DNA of 64,000 bases from Caecitellus pseudoparvulus (Eukaryota > Protista > Bigyra: Bicosoecida), in assembly GCA_965644315.1 (NCBI GenBank), contig CBFFRQ010000065.1, forward strand, positions 359,439-423,438, given 5' to 3'. Position 1 is the stretch's first letter. Every line of letters begins with the position of its first letter. A program made the translations under genes and the position numbers. The notes under the pieces are model-generated. The model ran no database searches. It saw nothing but the letters and a program-made list of their open reading frames with translations, and had not been told where the DNA came from. Below are positions 11,601 through 19,474 of this stretch, one piece after another.

Positions 11601-13266
11601 CCCCAAGAAGCGCCTGCCCCTGGGCACTGCCTCCCTCACACCGTCCTGGGGACCTCTCCTGCAGATTGTCGCTGGCACGGTGGCGGTGTCCCACTCCGCT
11701 GGCAGCGCCGATGGTGCGTGCACTCTGCCTGCCCTGGATAAGGTCATGCTGGGCGCCACACGCGCGCCGACTGCAGAGGGTGCCGCAATGTTCGAGGCGG
11801 TGCAAGACGGCTTGGCACTGCGCAAGGCTGCAGCGCGCGCCCCGTCGCCACCGGCTGCCGGCGCTGAGCCTGCGGAGGACACGCCCGCTGGCGCTGCGAT
11901 GGGCGCCGGCACCCCGCCTGGGACAGCCGAGGACGGCGCGACAGAGAGGGAGTGTGCCCTGGAAGGCAACTGTGTCTCTGGGGGGGATGTGGCGTGGGAC
12001 AAGGCGCGGGCTGTGTCGCAGCGCATGGTGGACCTGTGCCCCAGTGTGCCGCCGCACCCCATGCCCGTGACGACCCAGGGCGAACCTGGCGACCACGCCC
12101 TCCTGCACCTGTGGCCGGCAGACCTCCGTGCACTGGCCATGCCGGCAGTGTACACGAAGGCTCTTCGCAAGGCTGCCCCCGCAGGCCGCCCCGCAGCCAC
12201 GGCAGCCGAGGCAGTGCTGGGAGACAAGCCAGGCGCTGCAGGGGAGGGCGTGGTGCACGCTGTGTGTGTGATTGCCACCCGGTTGTCTGTTGAGGCGCCG
12301 GGATTCAGCGACATGGTGCTGACTGAGGCGCTGCAGGTGCTCGCTGACTGCACCCGGGGCCAGTCAGATGTCCTGAAGGAAGACGAGTGGTTGACCCATG
12401 CTGGGGCAGTGGCGGCGGGGGAGGGCTCTGCTGCCGCCGCCCACTCCAGCACCGTTACCCAGTGGTCTGCCGCGTGGGATGTGCTGGCCAGCCTGGTGGC
12501 GCTGCAAGACTCCCTGCAGGGCCAGCGGGTGGCCGACGTGCTGGGCGACACGTCGCTGGACGGCAGCAAGGGTGTCGTCGCCCAGGCGTGGCAGAAGCGG
12601 CTGGACTGCGCGCCAACCGTGGCGACGTCATCGAACCGCAAGACCTTTGACATCGTGCGGCGGCTGCTGGCGCTGAGCCAGGCCGTGCCCGCCCTGCTGG
12701 GCCCCCTGGCAACCATGCCGCTGCAGGAGCCCGCCCACACCACACACGCCCAGTGGATGGTGGAGCACACACGCACTTTGGCAGACTACGCCACCACTTG
12801 CGCCAGTGGATCCAAGGCGGCCATCGTGCAGCTGGCGGAACTGGGCCCTGTCTTCCGGTCCCTGCAGTGGCTGGGAGAGCAGCTGGGGCAGGAAGCGGGT
12901 TGGGCGGCGCCAGGTGAGATGCAGCCCCCCCCCGTCACGCGCGTGGTGAAGCACACCAAGCGTGAGGACCCGGGTGTCGTCATCGTGCGGCAGGTGGAGG
13001 TGACGGACCCCCTGGACCCCAAGGGGCCCTACCTGGCCTTCGAGATCACGAACCAGCACGAACATGCACGACCCCTCGCTGCGCGCATGAACTGGCGCGT
13101 TGTGGATGCCTACCGCAACTACAACTACACCTTCCCCCAGACAGACCAGGAAGCTGTCGTGCCAGTGGGGGAGACGGTGGAAGTGTACCGCTCCTATAAG
13201 GTGGACCCCTCCCTGCCCTTCGACAGCCGCTTCACGGAGTGGTCCTACACTTGGAAGTTAGTGTGA
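2614..13266 (+). CDS. Large ubiquitin-specific protease (peptidase C19; USP9X/USP24/USP34-like), ~3550 aa
   Basis: One open frame with Cys box GIRNLGAICYMLSVVQQL (~9487-9540), QQDA, KLNTRFEFP, His box GVVVHRGTATHGHYFSF (~10334-10383), DDTNV and NAYLLFY. A Ubl-like segment lies near 6620-6730. First ATG (MAGEATRED) is at 2614. Confidence 0.93.
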   Translation: MAGEATREDLLSEVAAAGMEVMDGGPGVASSIVRLGSYVRIACAGQATPETVKHLLEDTLPVTVGHLTTKELPAPVAEELVQSVASLLVEAAQLATRVLTGRLGSGSLEDKAAALQLLNDAMNPHSLFFKQQGFSPDDAAAIAKASSEGGGGGAAGGGNSTQELWRKELNFGSEVDCVLLSNSVRSWVRGTVIMNDSGSLLIQIPSHGREVTISSTSADLAPVGTHTTAGSSSTPATADASDVNAVGREVLMGLKLGDRFDFRHSVNGWLNTTVVDIEDIQGQKRLKFGYRVYHRLGSKKDVLGSYDGDSSTHDQILMQDPKYAHLCAPFNTESVKAKSSFVPMGIIDDEGDPDSGFHIQETTRTLAKWGSPTLLSMPLHVRAGGATGVPSAADMGAADANLRAVGIALGAVPLEPALPGAAGVERRLSLQSQAVKLLCARALSVCDAVDASPSSRVYALYRGPSQGTSPLYAECVTAFGRCGGFAALLAVLQEEPETLCPKALKCLVEVVGNMWAELNVHFGAAWLPAFAVCLRPHAMHFDDKQDTKTPGLLNVMKHLKKLLYRQGPDSTVGGVRDAFLLSVAEELFSHTVFSRRMAGLRIILAAADSLRSAAASALNSTAGAAAVASAGASGGNDVLLSDGTSVKRFVRWLKSHAILPRLLAPETPLALLQRLSQLLQFMAHPNVKALDDAGLRSLVDAAVDHGQAGSDNAVIALCKAIGEASVHFDAAQQEMVIQSIASLPPSTLATHHISLIFKVARKRRCTAGTDALWALASQALQPSAGATATTRVSAEVQAEAEERLVALLSLAAYVGDRERFCEQCLTSVTKGQAVPFALRMMRLIVMSFPPHDPQASALAGERVIYTTSSRSSVLTVLNNKYDLLRCLLLDMEAFVAAARTQAAAATPDAAIVYNQGAGAGEQFIPGIIDRLDFLQFTLYTGAALALTPDQAAQLWAVLISEALSEEQAAAGLRWFTHAASCERRYRLAVEVMNVYCKLHSLSPPQWATLSERTSSVVLPLETVQALVEAQVKPAVQGDAEGAVQLLPLYEFCAAVCELLLLLNHHHGSLRIAAEAEKRAINVTGMERHSTRSWAMAFTRNLHKRTINARDVPFESWAGPDSNVPEPTPMTPEGTLCIDDIPLVSSVVVSNMQGSEELWNLLLGSPSVKVARHAMNLLVGFHMCMSTEQAAQQLQSQVTSGQRSVHATAGATARRSLVDSCIHHLKHAGSDLRTGLRTLSVLHCLLDCSEEGVTFPDRIAVDALRQKTAVSDMQSTVDLQPHLRAEAGKRILLSFTSELPKAPAPLSSAAAAGGGEAAEGKAGDASSSTAPAGLDKTFKLSISNTRTLRELRGKIAELAGLPTGGIRLVYSGGSTYEAARRAVGLSAKGAETLPLSSTTADEEVLYAAPAPRSGRDLPTSVDSRTLLELGLGQGTKLKVYPRRERPGEDASGPKVALLQGNQLSPRMREVSKVLFRKFARMQDPPAGGANGLYMNIHDFARYWSVSSGDVTTPDNPELSLQFSTYLNQALMLWDEAAWSRWITASCRMKEAVVWSNLAVHGYGKDLKHESERVAEKETSAARTLLWPGAEDGAAALPRTLLSSQAAYDAIFDVLSTAVGAGSDEGFGGLVADASWRLLQRLPSHPSLRFRLTGLGPDRFPDLAAATGQGEPSWQGLLLSSATTAPSEGATPLRLTYALQLVEPYVQTSDEGDELAAGSLRAGKQAWRKQFLLQSGFTFAADALLAAAPTTPVGRQLQVQGEGPRAVRPVGSCLFCGVALENLRRSTLTKIVRFFLLGAMAAGTLPQLQASPGQAAESKEGEAWPVQLVRLRSDVTEALTVDASMDVGAAAASLAQTLPVSSSDGTGGPAAPPASAPVVSHDDDIETPNPIPLTPVDAAPLVLTKQLSTEVGGDMQALVLDRVHLPALSSALRHIIWTAAGGLAPGIVNLADSAQLLEAALSLWVGVISTSAALVEASVFGEADTAGGPDGPSMVKSGLLCKGVYGLAVRKEFAHALGEITRVQFADDPAGALRQRVFDTLLALMPGAGTSADPEQDTGHFAELFTVLTKTLSTILATGKSGDSARAVDMFDRFASSLLAHRSAEWDPVVLQGARSRGREVLEHTPYLGEWDAAAAGGPDALAAKLHTAGQDDGVLCGLLGLLTSLVRGNAALQSRAVSAHAEAAACVPQTAAKLAADADGSNLVELVFYACLLGVPGRPAGDSPPPKVKCQRSASRLAALDLLAALCEGHLQNTDRLMTVCLQPSFEGIPESAKGLSGHNPCTDTRGKSGYVGIRNLGAICYMLSVVQQLFGMPRVRQAFLDMPVSKPGEEADPLMERLSWVFNTLHLSDKAYVDIKSMVSTYTDRSGEAVDPSQQQDAIDFFDVLTDHIEQRLGADSDLASTIKDETQLRQLYDMVGEVPAAALPPDVVEGLPAGRDGKVIVRRRRRADPPALCTGCDVKNLNSLKDSLNKACEWSDVDYRWDEEAGDVEVPEDAKITTRQRLVLDGSLPPTLILQARRFQFDFETMQPDKLNTRFEFPRNLDMRPFTVHALEYDGTAEGEAPPAWHFHYEVSGVVVHRGTATHGHYFSFVRDRRREYREERGRIVPVSFDGEAEVHVRRVPPSEQCWYRADDTNVVEVTMSDTFLEAECFGGRKEEVQTTDLGAAFTRDVDNMSNAYLLFYSRVQPEEEGGCDVEPLVAASPTAQLARAANHSFAVERAVFSPELLSFAGSQMVRGLGEFGDAVPEHWFRLAFTWAFGVLAPSASNGPLEASVVPTLVSWLESSSPALAASGAKWVLDQVAHQPEMHLGQLLRSLDGSVRNSCMAVLCTAVQVYVASDLAAGDAASIEAEAAALTALRQGGGLEAAKAALGPDWRPCTFSRFLSAVLSMIPSAGQDWSRFEQFFGVLRCAALKTPVAFGRTLLAARGAVALLLHFYMAQGSPVLLQHSEADLQTFLATPPAPDGDVVVHWDIASGNVLLPLMAGSPPPAFPYLDDPKKRLPLGTASLTPSWGPLLQIVAGTVAVSHSAGSADGACTLPALDKVMLGATRAPTAEGAAMFEAVQDGLALRKAAARAPSPPAAGAEPAEDTPAGAAMGAGTPPGTAEDGATERECALEGNCVSGGDVAWDKARAVSQRMVDLCPSVPPHPMPVTTQGEPGDHALLHLWPADLRALAMPAVYTKALRKAAPAGRPAATAAEAVLGDKPGAAGEGVVHAVCVIATRLSVEAPGFSDMVLTEALQVLADCTRGQSDVLKEDEWLTHAGAVAAGEGSAAAAHSSTVTQWSAAWDVLASLVALQDSLQGQRVADVLGDTSLDGSKGVVAQAWQKRLDCAPTVATSSNRKTFDIVRRLLALSQAVPALLGPLATMPLQEPAHTTHAQWMVEHTRTLADYATTCASGSKAAIVQLAELGPVFRSLQWLGEQLGQEAGWAAPGEMQPPPVTRVVKHTKREDPGVVIVRQVEVTDPLDPKGPYLAFEITNQHEHARPLAARMNWRVVDAYRNYNYTFPQTDQEAVVPVGETVEVYRSYKVDPSLPFDSRFTEWSYTWKLV

Positions 13267-13417
13267 GGGGGCTGGGTCCGCTCGCACGCAGTGGCTGCCG
13301 CGTTGCAGATTTGCCACAACGCCGGTAGGAGCTGTACTGAAATGCAGTGCTCTGACAGGGCCCTTCCGCACCAGGGGTTGCCCTCCTTGACCTGGCCTCA
13401 ACGCCGTATCAACTGCC

Positions 13418-14074
13418 ATGCCTGTCTTCCAGCTGCAGCTCGGCTTGGAAGCTGAGGGGGTTAGCTCGGTTGTCCACACGAACCCGGTGTGGATCATTCA
13501 GTTCAGGTGCACCAAGTGCAACGAAGAGCAGGACTCCCCGACAGCAATTGACTCGTCAGACTCGGTGGAGATTGAAGGTGCGCTAGGCCCGCCCTGCAGG
13601 CCCCCGCCGCGCCCTGCATCGAGATGGCCTGCGGAAGTTGAAAGCACACGCGGCACTGCCTTGCCGCCGTGCACGCTCGCAGGAAGCCGAGGCACTGCGC
13701 ACTTGCAGCAAAAGTGCTCATTTTGTGGGTGCAAGTTTAACGCTACCCTGGGCGCCGCTCGGGAGTGGGCAGAAGCTGGCGGCCTTGACCCGCAAACCCT
13801 CGTGGACATCGAGTGCCGTGGGTGCGAGCCCGTCTCGTGGGTTGCTGCTCAGGGCTTCACAGTGAAGGGCGCCGAGGGGGGGGAGATGGAAGATGTGGAC
13901 TTCAGCGAGGGGGAGTGGGCCGACTACGTCGAGGACACAGACGAGGCGCTGACTGTGCTCAGCGTGACGACCAGTGTCGAGGCAGGGGCTTCAGCGGGCA
14001 CTGCCGCGGCTGCAGCTGCCGGTGGTGGCGGGGCAAGTGGCGGGAAAAAGAAGAAGAAGCGGGGCGGCAAGTGA
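13418..14074 (+). CDS. CZIB: CXXC-motif zinc-binding protein (DUF866 / C1orf123 family)
   Basis: Motifs CTKC, GSRGTAH, CSFC, ECRGCEP and D(F)SEGEWADY. An in-frame 105-nt intron at 13578-13682 restores IEGSRGTAH. Confidence 0.9.
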   Translation: MPVFQLQLGLEAEGVSSVVHTNPVWIIQFRCTKCNEEQDSPTAIDSSDSVEIEGALGPPCRPPPRPASRWPAEVESTRGTALPPCTLAGSRGTAHLQQKCSFCGCKFNATLGAAREWAEAGGLDPQTLVDIECRGCEPVSWVAAQGFTVKGAEGGEMEDVDFSEGEWADYVEDTDEALTVLSVTTSVEAGASAGTAAAAAAGGGGASGGKKKKKRGGK

Positions 14075-14259
14075 CGTGCCAGTGTGCAAAGCTGGGTGCA
14101 TTCCACAGCCCCGGCCGCACGCCGGGGGGTTTTGTGGCTGGCCAAGCTGCACCGCAGGGACTGCGGTGGGCGCCCCACTGGCCAGCTGCAGCAACAGGGA
14201 CATGCTAGTGACTACAGCGAATGCACGAGCTGTGCGCCTTGTGGGCTCTGCCTCGCACG

Positions 14260-14753
14260 TCACCCCTGCACGTACGGCGGCAGCCTCAAGTTCCCGTCCT
14301 TCAGGGCGTTCTGCAGGATGCCCTTCACATCTTTGCGTGCGCGCCACCAGAGCTTCGCATCTGCAGCAGCTTGCCGCTCCAGTGTGGGCTTGGTGAAGAA
14401 CTGGCGAGGCGGGGTGGGGGGAGGATGGGGTGGAACGGAGCGCCATGAGCGGGTGCCGCGCAGCGCCAGTCCGTACCCGGCTCTTGCGCAGCCTGACGTC
14501 CTGCTTGGCACGTGTGGCATTGGCCGAGATCTTCCCCATGGCCTGTGGTGGCGTTGAGGGCAAGTGCGTGCGAAGAAGGCTGCCATCTAGGCGTCCAGCG
14601 CGCCTGCCTCACCTTGTGCACAGCGCCAGCACCCTGCCCCACCACGCGCACCTTGTACGTGCGCAGGGGTGCTGCAGCGCTCACCCGAACGATGGGCTGG
14701 CTGTTAAGCATGCCCATGCACCTGCTGCTTGCACTCCGGATCGCAGCAGCCAT
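14260..14753 (-). CDS. Mitochondrial ribosomal protein bS21-like
   Basis: Three exons give a transit-like N-terminus, then YKVRVVGQGAGAVHK|AMGKISANATRAKQDVRLRKSR|FFTKPTLERQAAADAKLWWRARK. This matches the S21 pattern (V.V..A....RR.F.KP..R). Confidence 0.6.
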
Positions 14754-15128
14754 GTTGAGTGAGGTGGCAGGCGCAACACTCTATTCGTTGGACAGTCAAT
14801 TTCCGCCTCGCCTCCCTGGCGAGCCGCACAGTCTGAGTGTGCTGTCGCGAGGCTCAATGAGAAAACCCAAGCACAAGGTTTGAAGAAGAAGTGTATTGTG
14901 GTGGTGCATTTCAAATGCGCCTCATGTTGCATGCGGGATGTTGCTGCAGGGTGGCTTTCGCCCAAACCGCCAAGCACGGCGAGCACCTCTCTGACAGCGC
15001 ATTCAGATGCGAGCAACACAGGAGCATGCCTATCTGGGTCTAACAAGCCCAAGTCTCCGCCCACGGCGGGTAAAGGCCAAAGGCGTGGCCCAGGCGGAGT
15101 GCACACAGCCCCAGCACAGCCCACGCCC

Positions 15129-15758
15129 TCAGCCGCAGCCCTCGCCCACGACACGCTCCTTGTACAGCGCCACCAGCACATCACCGTGGCATGCCTCAGG
15201 CTTGCACCAGCAGCCCAGCTCCTTCCCAGCCAGCTCGGGCAGCTGCGCCAGGAGCTCCGGCGACCCCCGCAGCCACTCCTCGTACTTCGCAATGCAGCCC
15301 TCGCGGCCGAACTTCTTGACGGGGAACTTATTCGCCCACTTGGACTGGAAGGTGCCCTTCACGTACTGGTTGCGGCGCCCGACATACTCGGTGTCTGGCC
15401 GAGCCAGCCACTCCTCCATGTCTGCGATGCCTCGCTTGCGCAGCTCAGCCTTACGAACACACACGACAGTGGGAACCCCACAGCCCTGCCCGGCAGTGGA
15501 TGCAGAACTACCAGCCGCTGCTGCTGGCTCTGCCACAGGCGCCCCAGCGTCAGACCTGGGCAGGGCAGCGAGCAACCGTGTGCGGAAACTGCTTGGACCT
15601 GGCGAGCAAGTGCGTGCAGTGAGGACGCACTTTTTGGAGCGTTTGCTTGACGGAGGGGGTGTAGAGTCTAGGTTTGTCGCCGCTTCCACGCCCAGCATTG
15701 GTCTGCGAAACTGCTTGCCCGCCACCGCCACCACCAGGGCGTCTCCTCGAGCGGCCAT
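15129..15758 (-). CDS. DUF4326 domain protein
   Basis: YVGRR...SKWANKF...REGCIAKYEEWL...LPELAGKELGCWCKPEACHGDVL is the DUF4326 signature. The start codon is uncertain. Confidence 0.85.
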   Translation of the reverse strand: MAARGDALVVAVAGKQFRRPMLGVEAATNLDSTPPPSSKRSKKCVLTARTCSPGPSSFRTRLLAALPRSDAGAPVAEPAAAAGSSASTAGQGCGVPTVVCVRKAELRKRGIADMEEWLARPDTEYVGRRNQYVKGTFQSKWANKFPVKKFGREGCIAKYEEWLRGSPELLAQLPELAGKELGCWCKPEACHGDVLVALYKERVVGEGCG

Positions 15759-15877
15759 GCCGGCGGGGTGAAGTGGCTGTTGCGACCGAAGAACGCCTGC
15801 GCAAGGACGAGCAAGCACGCACGCACAGCAGGTGGAACGGGCAGTAGGAGATGATGTGATATGTCCACACAGGTGCA

Positions 15878-16911
15878 TTACTTGCCAGCTGCAGCAGAAG
15901 CCACCCCCTTCAGCATGCCCACGTTGGCGTGCTGAGCCAGGTTCCACGACATCTTCGAGCCAGTCAGCGGCAGCGCCCGGCGCAGCGACTTGAGGGAGCC
16001 CCCCATCGACGCGATCATGGTGTCCAGGGCTGCCTGGTACTCTGCGCTCCACTGCTCGATTTGACTGACGAGCGCAGCGGCCAAGCCGGCGTCACCCCCG
16101 CCAGTGACTCCCACCAGCTCCCAGCTCTTGTCGCTGCGCAGCTGGACGTTGCCAGACTCATAATAGTGCGTGACGACGTCCACACTGCCAGAGATGTCGG
16201 CAGAGCCCGGGGCGATGTTTTTGACGGAGAACGTGGCGAGCCACCTGCCAGCCCAAAACGCCGTCAGCCTTGACTTCTTGGCAGACACGACGACTGCCAG
16301 GCCGTCTACGATGGGCAGGACGGAGATGCCAACGCTGTTTTTCTGGCTGCAGTCGAAGGTGGTGGCGACGGACGTCACCAGGGCTGTCTCCAGCGCCACA
16401 CGCAGGCCCTCAACATCGTCCCGGAAGGTTGGCGCGGGGGGGACTTCGGGGTCAGCCACCTCGCCAGTCAAGTGGTCCACGGTGTACACCTGCTTGCTGT
16501 GTCCGTGGAGGAACTTGTTGCCAGTCACGTGGGAAGACTTGCACAGCAAGAGCTGCGGCAAGGGGCGGCGTGCTGGGTGGTGTAGGCAATCGCTGCGCCA
16601 GTGGCGAGCCGCGGGGAGAGCGGCTGCAACGCACCCCCTGCTCATGTCCAGGCACAGACAGGACGGTGCCATTCTGCATGTTGAATGCAGCCATGCCTGC
16701 GGCTTTCTTGCTGTCAGGCAGGTCAGGCACCAAGACGGAGATCTCTGCAGCGGCGTGTCCAGGTGCAGTGCCGCAGGGCAGGGCAACTCGGAGCCTGTCG
16801 CTGGCGCCACGCACCTTCAACCACCTTGTGTGCCTGCGCGGGGGGCGCAGCCTTGATGAAGTGCGCAGCAATGTTGTGCCGCTGTGCGTCCGAGTACTCC
16901 TCCTCTGCCAT
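15878..16911 (-). CDS. CAPZA: F-actin capping protein alpha subunit
   Basis: N-terminus MAEEEYSDAQRHNIAAHFIKAAPP, then FWAGRW, HYYESGNVQL and LKSLRRALPLTGSKMSW; two GTGCGT..AG introns. Confidence 0.93.
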
Positions 16912-17235
16912 GGCTGGAAGAGTGTGGCTTGGCGACGCTGCCTGATATGCGAGCGGCAAGGTGGCGCAGCAAGCAGTGACAAGGGGTGGCCTTTGTTGTG
17001 TGCGCTTTCGTGGGCTTCGTCAAGCAGTGTGGAATTGCTCGGGGCTCGCGAGTGCCGCGTGGCCATGCGGCAGCACACACGCCAGACCCCCGAAGATCGA
17101 AGACTGCACCGCCGACACTGCTTAGCCGTGACAAGCAACGAAGTCAAAATGCCACGCGCGCGGAGACCACCCTGCACGCTCCTGCAGTAGCCTCTCCAGT
17201 CCTGCAAGCGGAGTGCCCTCGATCCCCGTGCAGAC

Positions 17236-18870
17236 ATGGCCACGTCCCACCTTCGCAGTGTGGTGGCTGGTGCAGTGCACCAGGCCCGCACGACAGCCGC
17301 CCGCGTGGCCTCCGTGCGCCACATGAGCAGCACAGTGCTGCCGCACCTGGGACAGACCGTTGCTAGGCTTGTCCCCCGTGGGCGGGCTGGCGCGGCTGGG
17401 CTGCCCGTACTGCGCAGGGGCCCTGCCATGGCAGGAGCACACGTTCGCTTCTCGTCAGATTACGCCGGCGCCACGCCACTTCCGATGCCTGCCCTGTCCC
17501 CCACCATGGATGCAGGCACCATCACCAAGTGGTACAAGCAGCCCGGTGATGCGTTGTCACCTGGGGACACCATCTGTGACATCACCACTGACAAGGCTGT
17601 TGTCGGCTTCGAGTGCCAAGACGAGGGTTTCATGGCGAAACACCTGCTGCCAGAAGGCGCCGCAGATGTCCCCATCGGCACGCCCATCGCCCTCATGGTG
17701 GACGAGGAGAGCGATGTTGAGGCCATTGCAGCTGCCAGCTTCCCAGATCCCCTCGACGCGGCTTCGGCAGCCCCGTCGCCATCCCCCTCCCCTGCCCCTG
17801 CGCCGGCACCAGCACCAGCCGCATCTTCCACTGCCTCCCGCCACGCCGGCTTGCTGAATGACCCGACCAAGGTCATGCCTGCTGCTCGACGAGTGTTGTT
17901 GGAGGCTGGCTTGACTGGGGAAGGCATCCAGGGCACAGGACGGGGCGGGCGCATCACGAAGGGAGACGCCCTCGCTGCTGCAGGAGTCATTTCCTCAGCG
18001 CCAACACCGGCGCAGGCGCCAGCACCCACCCCGGCACCTGCCAAGCAGTCAGCACAAGCAGCGGCGGGCGCCCCTGTGCAGCACTCCCTCCCAGGGCCCA
18101 GCGCACGCCCAGAGGGCGTTGCGCCCGGCACCTTCACCGATGCCAAGCCCTCCAGCATGCGCAAGGTCATTGCAGCACGCCTGACAGAGAGCAAGGCAAA
18201 GGTGCCGCACTTTTACGTGCAGGGAGACTGCATGATCGACAGCGTGACGGAGCTGCGGGCTCAGCTGGCCAGTGCAGGCGTGAAGGTGTCTCTGAATGAC
18301 ATCGTCATCAAGGCTGCTGCGTTGGCGTTGCGCGCTGTGCCCGAAGCCAATGCTGCCTTTGTGCCGGGCGAAGGCAGGGTGAAGGCCAACGCCAGCGTGG
18401 ACATTTCCGTTGCCGTGGCGACCCCGGGGGGGCTCATTACCCCCATCGTGAAGGACGCCGACAAGAAAGGCCTCGCTGCCATCAACGCCGAAGTGCGGGA
18501 TTTGGCAACGCGAGGCCGCGCCGGCAAGCTGGCGCCAGAGGAGTACCAGGGGGGCACCTTCACCATTTCCAACCTGGGCATGTTTGGCATCACAGACTTC
18601 ACAGCCGTGATCAACCCTCCCCAAGCCTGCATTTTGGCAGTGGGCACGGGGCGGCAGGAGGCTGTGCTGAAGGTGGACGCTGCCACTGGCGGTGACGTGC
18701 TCTCTGCAGAGCCTGCGCCGGCTGAGGTGGCAGAGGAGGACGTCACCTTCATCACGAACATGGCCGTGCAGCTGTCAGGCGACCGGCGGGTGGTGGACGA
18801 GTCTGTCGCGGGGCAGTTCATTGCCACCTTCACGCACTACATGTTGAACCCGCTCCTGCTCATGGCGTGA
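17236..18870 (+). CDS. PDHX: Pyruvate dehydrogenase complex E2-like protein, probably the E3-binding protein (protein X)
   Basis: Mitochondrial presequence, lipoyl domain (MPALSPTM...TDKA), peripheral subunit-binding domain (PAARR..GTGRGGRITKGD) and inner domain (GGTFTISNLGMFG). The catalytic DHRxxDG motif reads DRRVVDE. Confidence 0.75.
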   Translation: MATSHLRSVVAGAVHQARTTAARVASVRHMSSTVLPHLGQTVARLVPRGRAGAAGLPVLRRGPAMAGAHVRFSSDYAGATPLPMPALSPTMDAGTITKWYKQPGDALSPGDTICDITTDKAVVGFECQDEGFMAKHLLPEGAADVPIGTPIALMVDEESDVEAIAAASFPDPLDAASAAPSPSPSPAPAPAPAPAASSTASRHAGLLNDPTKVMPAARRVLLEAGLTGEGIQGTGRGGRITKGDALAAAGVISSAPTPAQAPAPTPAPAKQSAQAAAGAPVQHSLPGPSARPEGVAPGTFTDAKPSSMRKVIAARLTESKAKVPHFYVQGDCMIDSVTELRAQLASAGVKVSLNDIVIKAAALALRAVPEANAAFVPGEGRVKANASVDISVAVATPGGLITPIVKDADKKGLAAINAEVRDLATRGRAGKLAPEEYQGGTFTISNLGMFGITDFTAVINPPQACILAVGTGRQEAVLKVDAATGGDVLSAEPAPAEVAEEDVTFITNMAVQLSGDRRVVDESVAGQFIATFTHYMLNPLLLMA

Positions 18871-19025
18871 GGGCAAAGCGCACCCAGTGCCAAACTCCAA
18901 TCACCCCTGCATCAATACATTGCCATTCCGCACCACGCTAGCTCCGCTGTGAACTCCCGCTGCTGAACAGCCTTCACCCCTGCTCTCAATCGCGCGGCAC
19001 TCCGTTCAGCAGGCACACTTGCACC

Positions 19026-19268
19026 ATGGCCTCGCGTGTCGCTGATGCCATGCACAAGGTTGTGGCAGGGGGGCTCATTGCTGTCACTGGGGCAGGCATG
19101 GCCTCCATCGGCTGGGCGCTGTACTCTCTGTACGTCCTGCGGCCACGAGCTCGAGCAGCTGAGGCCAGTGCCCACGCTGACATGCCAGCTGAAGCGCCAG
19201 CTGCAGACCAGGCACTGGAGGCGCAAGCGGCTGTGCCAGAGGCCAGTAGTGATGCAGAGGCCAGGTGA
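19026..19268 (+). CDS. Small single-pass membrane protein, possibly COX14-like
   Basis: 80 aa; ADAMHK precedes one hydrophobic helix (VVAGGLIAVTGAGMASIGWALYSLYVL). It resembles Cox14 family N-termini, but the call is weak. Confidence 0.4.
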   Translation: MASRVADAMHKVVAGGLIAVTGAGMASIGWALYSLYVLRPRARAAEASAHADMPAEAPAADQALEAQAAVPEASSDAEAR

Positions 19269-19474
19269 CAGCAGCTTCCGGTGCATTGAGCTGCTGCTCC
19301 CTGCGCGGCAGCGTATTTCCCGTCCCGCCCAGCGGAATTTCGTTCCCACTCAACCAGCACTGGGCCTGTGAGGGCGTGCAGAACGCACGGAGAAGTGGAG
19401 CTCAGCGTGTTCCCTACAGAACAGGCAGATCTGTATTCCCTGTGCAAGCTCTGTTGCCCAGCACGCAGCACAAT

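Noticed and set aside
17236-18870. Annotation as catalytically active DLAT (E2)
   Set aside because: The catalytic His of the DHR motif is replaced by Arg.
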